From: Planctomycetota bacterium
GTDB taxonomy: Bacteria > Planctomycetota > UBA8108 > SXIK01
DNA length: 64,000 nt
Assembly (NCBI GenBank): GCA_965223265.1
Contig: OZ244999.1
Coordinates: forward strand, 3,040,001 to 3,104,000
Direction: 5' to 3'
Shown here: in pieces, positions 57,888 through 64,000 of the stretch
Layout of the letters: each line of letters starts with the position of its first letter
Numbering within the stretch: the stretch's first letter is position 1
The notes under the pieces: model-generated
Told to the model about the DNA's origin: nothing
Database searches by the model: none
Seen by the model: the letters and a program-made list of their open reading frames with translations, nothing else
Translations under genes and position numbers: made by a program

Positions 57888-59570
57888 ATGAGTCGACACG
57901 ATCCTGACCCGTTTTTGGTGTCAACGTCCAACATGATCCGAGCAGCATCCTCGCGCTGGAGAAGGGCTTCGACTCTGAGCTATGCGCTCGGCTTCACGAT
58001 TTGCGCCGGCGTCGCGGCCCAGGATGCTTCGATCGTTCGTGGTCCTTATCTGCAGCTTTGCACCTCGGAATCGATTGTCATCCGCTGGCGTACTGACGTG
58101 CCGACCGATTCACGAGTACGAGTCGGTACTGCTGTCGGCCAGCTGAATAGTGTGCATTCCTCGGAGACCGAAACGACCGAGCACGAGATCAACGTCGACG
58201 GCTTGACACCGGATACGCTCTATTACTATGCGATCGGTACGGCAACAGAGGATCTCGCTGGCGACGATGTCGAGCATCTGTTCGTCACCGCGCCGTCGCG
58301 AGGAGTGGCAAAGCGTACCCGCGTCTGGGTGATTGGTGATTCTGGCTCTGCTGAACGACCGGCGGAGCTCGTGCGGGATGCCTATCTGCGCTTCTCGGAC
58401 GACCGCCTCACCGACCTTTGGATCATGCTTGGCGACAACGCCTACAACAGCGGTACTGACGAAGAATACCAGAATGCTGTGTTCGACATGTACCCCAGCT
58501 TACTGCGTACGTCGTCGGTGTGGCCGACACTTGGTAATCACGACGGAATCACGGCTGATTCGGCGACGCTCACGGGGCCGTACTACGACATCTTCACGAT
58601 CCCTACCGAAGCGGAGGCTGGAGGCGTCGCTTCGGGGACGGAAGCCTACTACTCGTTTGACTACGGCAATATTCACTTCGTGTCACTTGAATCGCATGAG
58701 ACTGATCGCTCCACGGAAGGGGCGATGATGCAGTGGCTCGTCGAAGATCTGGCCGCAAATGAGAGCGAGTGGTTGATCGCTTTCTGGCATCATCCGCCGT
58801 ACTCGAAGGGTTCGCACGATTCGGACCGGGAGCAACAATTGATCGAGATGCGGCGGAACGCACTGCCGATTCTCGAGGCTGCGGGAGTTGATCTCGTCCT
58901 TGCCGGACACAGCCATAGCTACGAACGGTCAGTGTTGGTTGATCAACACTACGGCCGATCTCATACACTGAGCTCGGAGATGCTCCTCGACTGCGGGGAC
59001 GGTCGTGAGGAGGGCGACGGGGTTTACCGAAAAGCTCCCGGCCTCACGGCGAACGATGGAGCTGTGTACATCGTTGCCGGTAGCTCCGGTGGAAGATTTG
59101 GGTTCGGCCCACTCGACCACCCGATCATGTTTCTTTCCACGCTCGCTCACGGCTCTGTGGTACTCGACTTTGATGGCTCTCGACTCGACGTGCGATTTCT
59201 GACTGACCAAGGTGATGTCGCGGATTCCTTCACACTCGAAAAAGACCGAGTCGAGCCGAGGGAGCCGGCGGATTGCACATCTCCTGGCGTCGCATTTCGG
59301 CGCGGCGATGCGAACGCCGATGGGAACGTCACACTCCCTGACGCAGTGTGGATTCTCAACGAGCTGTTTCGCGGCGGCGAGTCGACTCGTTGCCGGCGCG
59401 CCTCGGACGTCAACGATGATGCGGCTATCGACATCGCCGACGTCACGTTTTTGATCAACCACTTGTTCCAAGGTGGAGAAGAGCCGAACGCGCCGTTTCC
59501 GAACTGCGGCCTCGACACGACCTTCGACTTGCTGCCGTGCTCGCGGTACCCCTTGTGCGACGAGGGATGA
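57888..59570 (+). CDS. Purple-acid-phosphatase-like metallophosphoesterase with Fn3-like N-terminus and dockerin-like C-terminus
   Basis: 'RGPYLQ', 'IGDSG', 'GDNAY', 'GNHD', 'HHPPY', 'GHSHSYER', and terminal FRRGDANADG..PFPNCG. Confidence 0.9.
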   Translation: MSRHDPDPFLVSTSNMIRAASSRWRRASTLSYALGFTICAGVAAQDASIVRGPYLQLCTSESIVIRWRTDVPTDSRVRVGTAVGQLNSVHSSETETTEHEINVDGLTPDTLYYYAIGTATEDLAGDDVEHLFVTAPSRGVAKRTRVWVIGDSGSAERPAELVRDAYLRFSDDRLTDLWIMLGDNAYNSGTDEEYQNAVFDMYPSLLRTSSVWPTLGNHDGITADSATLTGPYYDIFTIPTEAEAGGVASGTEAYYSFDYGNIHFVSLESHETDRSTEGAMMQWLVEDLAANESEWLIAFWHHPPYSKGSHDSDREQQLIEMRRNALPILEAAGVDLVLAGHSHSYERSVLVDQHYGRSHTLSSEMLLDCGDGREEGDGVYRKAPGLTANDGAVYIVAGSSGGRFGFGPLDHPIMFLSTLAHGSVVLDFDGSRLDVRFLTDQGDVADSFTLEKDRVEPREPADCTSPGVAFRRGDANADGNVTLPDAVWILNELFRGGESTRCRRASDVNDDAAIDIADVTFLINHLFQGGEEPNAPFPNCGLDTTFDLLPCSRYPLCDEG

Positions 59571-59739
59571 GCCCGCCTCGGGACTTGAGGATTTGCCAAA
59601 CGGCCGCAAGTGCGCTCCAATAGGAGCATCTGTCGCGAGCTCACGACGTTCAACAGGCTGGTAAAGCCGTTCGCGACACTTGCGATTCTTGTTTGGTAGG
59701 CTTGCGTAGCGAGCCGCTGCGGGGGCAGCGGTTTTCGTC

Positions 59740-61137
59740 GTGGGTGAGGTGATGACCCGAGTCATGAACGAGCAACCAATTCTTTCGCAGTACGAACGAC
59801 TCTGTCCAGGTTCGAGGCGTCTTTTCGAGCGCTCTCTCGAACGTTTTCCCAGCGGCGTGACGCACGATTCTCGCTACATGAGGCCGTTTCCGATCTTTGT
59901 TGATCGCGCCATCGGCAGCCGCAAGTGGGACGTTGACGGTAACGAGTACGTCGACTACTTCGGTGGTCACGGCGCGCTTCTGCTCGGCCACAATGACCCG
60001 ACGGTTGTCGAGGCAGTGCAGAGAGCTTTGGAGAGGGGCACTCATTTCGGCGCTTGTCACGAACTCGAGCTCGAATGGGCTGACCTTGTCACCCGGATGA
60101 TCCCGAGCGCGGAGAAGGTGCGATTCACGAGTTCTGGCACCGAGGCAAGTCAGCTCGTTTTACGCCTCGCTCGGGCTGCCACGGGGCGACGGCGTATCGT
60201 GCGATTCTTAACGAATTTCCACGGTTGGCATGATCAAGTGGCGTTTGCTCAGAAGGCATCCTTCGATGGCTCGCCGCCGGCGGGTGTTCTCTCTGAGACG
60301 GTCGAACAGATCGTCGTTCTGCCGCCAAATGACCTCGATGCCGTCCGCCAGCTGCTCGCCGAAGACGATGACGTCGCGGCAGTGATTCTTGAGCCGACCG
60401 GAGCGAGCTTTGGACAAGTTCCCACGGATGCCCCGTACTTGAAGGGACTTCGCGAAGTCACTGCACAGCATGGAGTGCTGTTGATCTTTGACGAGGTGAT
60501 CACGGGTTTTCGCTGCAGTCCCGGCGGGGCTCAGGGGTTCTACGAAGTGAAGCCCGATTTGACGCTCTTGGCCAAGGCGATGGCAGGTGGCTATCCGGGC
60601 GGAGCCATCGTCGGGAGTGCCGATTTGATGGACTTTATGAGCTTTCGAGATGGCGACGTCGAATGGAATCAACGCCACCGTGTCGCGCATCAAGGTACCT
60701 TTAACGCCAATCCTGTTTCCGCCGCCGCGGGAATCGCGACGCTCAAAATCATTGCGTCAAGTGACGTTTGCGAACGTGCCACCGCCGCCGCGTCGCAACT
60801 GCGCGATGCGCTCAATGACGTGATTCGCGAGGGGGGATTCAACTGGCTGGTCTACGGCGAGTTCTCCGGCTTTCACCTCTTGGTGCCACCGGAGGATACT
60901 GCGGTCACGCTCGAGGATATTTACTCAGGGAGCGTGCATTACTCCGCGCTCAAGAAGGGACCGAGTCAGGGGAGCGTTGATTTGCTGCGCGCTGGCTTTC
61001 TCTGCGGAGGCGTCGACGTCGGGTCGTGGCCGGGAGGTTGGGTGTCAGCTGTCCACTCACCCCGAGACATTGATGCCTCGGCCACCGCGATGCGCCGGCT
61101 GATTTCGCTGTGGAAAGGTCAGCCAGCGCCAGCGTGA
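59740..61137 (+). CDS. Class III PLP aminotransferase (glutamate-1-semialdehyde aminomutase-like)
   Basis: 'DVDGNEYVD', 'SSGTEA', 'FHG', 'DEVITGFR', 'AKAMAGG', 'GTFNANP'. Start may be 59752 or 59764. Confidence 0.9.
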   Translation: MGEVMTRVMNEQPILSQYERLCPGSRRLFERSLERFPSGVTHDSRYMRPFPIFVDRAIGSRKWDVDGNEYVDYFGGHGALLLGHNDPTVVEAVQRALERGTHFGACHELELEWADLVTRMIPSAEKVRFTSSGTEASQLVLRLARAATGRRRIVRFLTNFHGWHDQVAFAQKASFDGSPPAGVLSETVEQIVVLPPNDLDAVRQLLAEDDDVAAVILEPTGASFGQVPTDAPYLKGLREVTAQHGVLLIFDEVITGFRCSPGGAQGFYEVKPDLTLLAKAMAGGYPGGAIVGSADLMDFMSFRDGDVEWNQRHRVAHQGTFNANPVSAAAGIATLKIIASSDVCERATAAASQLRDALNDVIREGGFNWLVYGEFSGFHLLVPPEDTAVTLEDIYSGSVHYSALKKGPSQGSVDLLRAGFLCGGVDVGSWPGGWVSAVHSPRDIDASATAMRRLISLWKGQPAPA

Positions 61138-61216
61138 AGACGTTGATGTTGAGGTCAGAGGGCGCCGCACTATTCGCGAACCGGCAGCGCTGGCACGGCC
61201 ATCGGGGCTGGCGCGG

Positions 61217-62044
61217 ATGCTGACCCTGCCTGAGCTTTTTCCAGGTTACTTGGAGTATGCCGGCTGTGCGTTGATTCTGGTCGGCGCCCAGATCGTTTAT
61301 GCGGCGGTCGGTTTTGGTGCTGGGATCTTTGCTATCGCCCTGGCGGCGCTCTTACTGCCGGACTTGCGCGGTGCGGTGGTGACTCTGTTTCTTGTCAACG
61401 TCGCCATCGAAATCGTCATCCTCGGGCGCATTTGGCGTTTCGGTCGAGTGTGGTTGCTTGCCGGGCTTGTGCCGACCACCGCGATCGGGCTCTGGCTCGG
61501 GACGCGGCTACTTGGACGCCTACCGGTGATCGATCTGAAGCGAGCGCTCGGTGTCGTGATCTCCGCGGCAGGCATCTGGTTTTTCGTTAACGATCAAGTG
61601 CGCGCCCGGCGGGCGGTGGCCTTGCCCGCCGACGCCCAGCGCGAACCGTCTTTGTCTGCGCGTCCTGCCGGTCGCGTCGTCGACTTCTGGCTGCAGCTCC
61701 CCGTTGGGCTGCTCTCCGGAACCCTCATGGGTCTCTTCGGCACTGGAGGGCCGCCCGTCGTCGCCGTTTTGAAAAAGTTCCGGCTCGATAAGGCATCGTT
61801 TCGAGCGACGCTCATGTGGTATTTCTTGATCATGGGCACCGTGCGCGCTGGTAGCTACATTCACGCTGGCTTGATGACGAGCGCCGAGCTGAAGGCGGCG
61901 CTTTGGCTGTTGCCTCCATCACTGCTCGGCGCGCGTCTCGGCATGGCAGTGCATCGACGGCTCTCGGAGCTCCAGTTTGAAACTGCGGTGTCGACGCTTT
62001 TGATTCTTCTGGGGGCTATGTTGACCTTCGGCAGTGGCCGGTAG
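61217..62044 (+). CDS. Sulfite exporter TauE/SafE family membrane protein
   Basis: About 8 TM helices, 'GFGAG', 'GLFGTGGPP', 'FRATL'. Confidence 0.88.
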   Translation: MLTLPELFPGYLEYAGCALILVGAQIVYAAVGFGAGIFAIALAALLLPDLRGAVVTLFLVNVAIEIVILGRIWRFGRVWLLAGLVPTTAIGLWLGTRLLGRLPVIDLKRALGVVISAAGIWFFVNDQVRARRAVALPADAQREPSLSARPAGRVVDFWLQLPVGLLSGTLMGLFGTGGPPVVAVLKKFRLDKASFRATLMWYFLIMGTVRAGSYIHAGLMTSAELKAALWLLPPSLLGARLGMAVHRRLSELQFETAVSTLLILLGAMLTFGSGR

Positions 62045-62097
62045 CACGAGCGAGGAAGATGCGCCCGACTGTCTTTTCGTGCGAGCTTCGATGCCTC

Positions 62098-62364
62098 TCA
62101 GAGCCCGCCGCCGATCGCTGCGACGACGTGCACCTCGCTCGCGTCCTCGATTCGAGCCAGGAGCCCCATCGTGGAGATGTTCCCGTCGATCGAGACTGCC
62201 AGTCCCCGGGTCAGTCGATCGCCGTCGATCAGTCGCGCGCCGATCCCTGGGAAGCGTTCGTCGAGTGCGCGAATGACCTGGCGGAGCGTGCCGCCCGGCA
62301 CCTCGACCTTGTCGATTCCATCGGTGATGTCACGCATCTGCGTTGGGATGTAGACCGTCGCCAT
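62098..62364 (-). CDS. MoaD/ThiS family sulfur carrier
   Basis: 88-aa beta-grasp pattern 'TVYIP..TLRQVI..L...FPG..V.IDG..V.V..AIGGG', ending GGGL. Confidence 0.88.
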   Translation of the reverse strand: MATVYIPTQMRDITDGIDKVEVPGGTLRQVIRALDERFPGIGARLIDGDRLTRGLAVSIDGNISTMGLLARIEDASEVHVVAAIGGGL

Positions 62365-62398
62365 TCGCTTTTCGTCTGGGCACGCCGAGCAGGCGGCG

Positions 62399-64000
62399 CT
62401 ACGCGAGTTTTTTGCCGTCCTTCTCCAAAACGGCAGCACACACCTTGTGTGGCGCCATTGGCAGATCGCGCAGACGCACTCCGGCTGCGTGATAGATCGC
62501 ATTGGCGATCGCTGCAGGTGGAGCGACGATGGGCGTCTCGCCGACGCCGCGAACGCCATAGGGATGGTCCGGATTCGGCACCTCGACAATGATGGTGTCG
62601 ATCATCGGCACGTCAAGGCACGTCGGCATACGGTAGTCGAGGAAGGTAGGATTCGTCATGCGTCCTTCCTCGTTGAACATGTACTCTTCATTGAGCGCCC
62701 AGCCGATTCCCTGAACCGCTCCTCCTTGCATCTGCCCTTCGACGTAGCTCGGGTGGATCGCCTTGCCGGCATCTTGAATCGCCGTGTAGCGCAGAATCGA
62801 CACCTTACCGGTTTCGGGGTCGACCTCGACGTCCACAATGTGCGTTCCAAATCCGTTGGTTGACCCTTGCGGATTGACCGCGGCACGACCGATGACGGGA
62901 CCACCGGTTTCGTTGAGCCTTGCGGCCAGTTCTTTGAACTCGAGGCGATGGCTGGCGCCGTTCGAAAACACGCCGTCTTCAAAGGAGACGTCAGACGCGT
63001 CGCACTCCCACAGCATGGCCGCACGCTCTTTCATCTGCCGCGCGATGTCGATCCCGGCTTCGTACGCGGCCAGGCCTGTTGAGAAGGTGACCCGACTACC
63101 GCCGGTAACGTCCGTATATCCGACGCTGTCGGTGTCGACGACCTTCGGGTGGACGTCTTCGGCCGGAATGCCGAGAGACTCCGCCAGCTGCATTGCAACG
63201 GACGTGCGCGTGCCTCCGATATCCGTCGAACCTTCGAGCAGACCGACCGTGCCGTCAGGATTGACGTGAGCCGTGACGCTCGACTTCAGGCCGATGTTGA
63301 ACCAAAAGCCGCTCGCGATTCCGCGACCGCGATTCGGGCCTTTGAGCTCTGACTTCCAGTGGTCACTTTCGCGAGCCGCTTCGAGCGTCTCGATGAGCCC
63401 GACACGAGGGTACACCGGTCCGTCAACGCGTCGAGTGCCTTCCTTCGCAGCGTTCTTCAAGCGCAGTTCGATAGGGTCGATGCCGAGCGTCTCCGCGAGC
63501 TCGTCGACGACGACTTCGCACGCGAACGCTGCCTGTGTCGCGCCCGGGGCGCGGTAGGCCTGGGTCTTCGGCTTGTTCTGCACGACGTCGTAACCGTCGA
63601 CGCGCGCGTTGGGGATGTCGTAGCAGCTGAAGACGCACATGCAGCCCGGCCCGATCATACCGCCGGGGTAGGCCCCAGCGTCATACGCCAGCCAAGCGTC
63701 AGCGGCGACGAGTTGACCGTCTTTCTTGGCGCCCAACTTGACACGCATGAAGGATCCGGGGGTCGGCCCGGTCGCCTCAAAGACGTCTGCGCGCGGCATG
63801 GTGATCTTGACAGGTCGCCCGCTTTTGCGGCTGAGGATGGCGGCGACAGGCTCGAGATAGACAGCGATTTTGCCGCCAAAGCCACCACCGATTTCGCAAG
63901 GAATCACGGTGACGCGCGAAATAGGGATCTGGAGCAACTCGGCCGTCTGCTGTCGTGTCGTGAAGGAGCCTTGCGTCGAGGCCCAGACGGTTAGGTGGCC
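62399..64000 (-). CDS. Xanthine dehydrogenase family molybdopterin-binding subunit (5'-truncated)
   Basis: Frame is open to the window end. Motifs 'ASTQG', 'GGGFGGK', 'AYRAPG', 'EGQMQGG..QGIG', 'GVGE'. Confidence 0.93.
   Translation of the reverse strand, partial: GHLTVWASTQGSFTTRQQTAELLQIPISRVTVIPCEIGGGFGGKIAVYLEPVAAILSRKSGRPVKITMPRADVFEATGPTPGSFMRVKLGAKKDGQLVAADAWLAYDAGAYPGGMIGPGCMCVFSCYDIPNARVDGYDVVQNKPKTQAYRAPGATQAAFACEVVVDELAETLGIDPIELRLKNAAKEGTRRVDGPVYPRVGLIETLEAARESDHWKSELKGPNRGRGIASGFWFNIGLKSSVTAHVNPDGTVGLLEGSTDIGGTRTSVAMQLAESLGIPAEDVHPKVVDTDSVGYTDVTGGSRVTFSTGLAAYEAGIDIARQMKERAAMLWECDASDVSFEDGVFSNGASHRLEFKELAARLNETGGPVIGRAAVNPQGSTNGFGTHIVDVEVDPETGKVSILRYTAIQDAGKAIHPSYVEGQMQGGAVQGIGWALNEEYMFNEEGRMTNPTFLDYRMPTCLDVPMIDTIIVEVPNPDHPYGVRGVGETPIVAPPAAIANAIYHAAGVRLRDLPMAPHKVCAAVLEKDGKKLA

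Noticed and set aside
59740-61137. hemL assignment
   Set aside because: The fold is GSA-like, but the motifs diverge and no tetrapyrrole genes are adjacent, so the call is left at family level.
62399-64000. Aerobic CO dehydrogenase CoxL
   Set aside because: The active-site loop is AYRAPG, not AYxCSFR or AYRGAGR.

Overview
A gene-dense, GC-rich 64 kb chromosomal segment, most likely from a Planctomycetota bacterium. The evidence is the DUF1549/DUF1553-DUF1501 pair, an HzsA-like protein and repeated Cys-rich 'FRRGDxNxDG' dockerin-like C-termini. About 45 CDSs are supported; the first and last run off the window ends. Housekeeping and metabolic genes include leuS, htpG, purU, a three-gene Sdh1-type succinate dehydrogenase, a UbiD-family decarboxylase, an AtuA/acyl-CoA cluster, a sulfatase, an aldolase, two aminotransferases and a Mo-hydroxylase with MoaD. 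These are mixed with large secreted proteins. I found no tRNA, rRNA, CRISPR array or transposase. The most notable features are: (1) an FtsH-type membrane AAA+ ATPase whose M41 protease domain is replaced by an Sm/Hfq-like domain, lying head-to-head with a site-2 protease; (2) four copies of a C-terminal dockerin-like tag on unrelated secreted proteins, one of them an orphan remnant; (3) a regB-regA pair split by a HEAT-like gene; (4) a mycobacterial Sdh1-like complex II; and (5) hexamer-periodic and tandem intergenic repeats, plus a 28-bp palindrome upstream of htpG. All family calls come from recognising motifs by eye; no database search was run.
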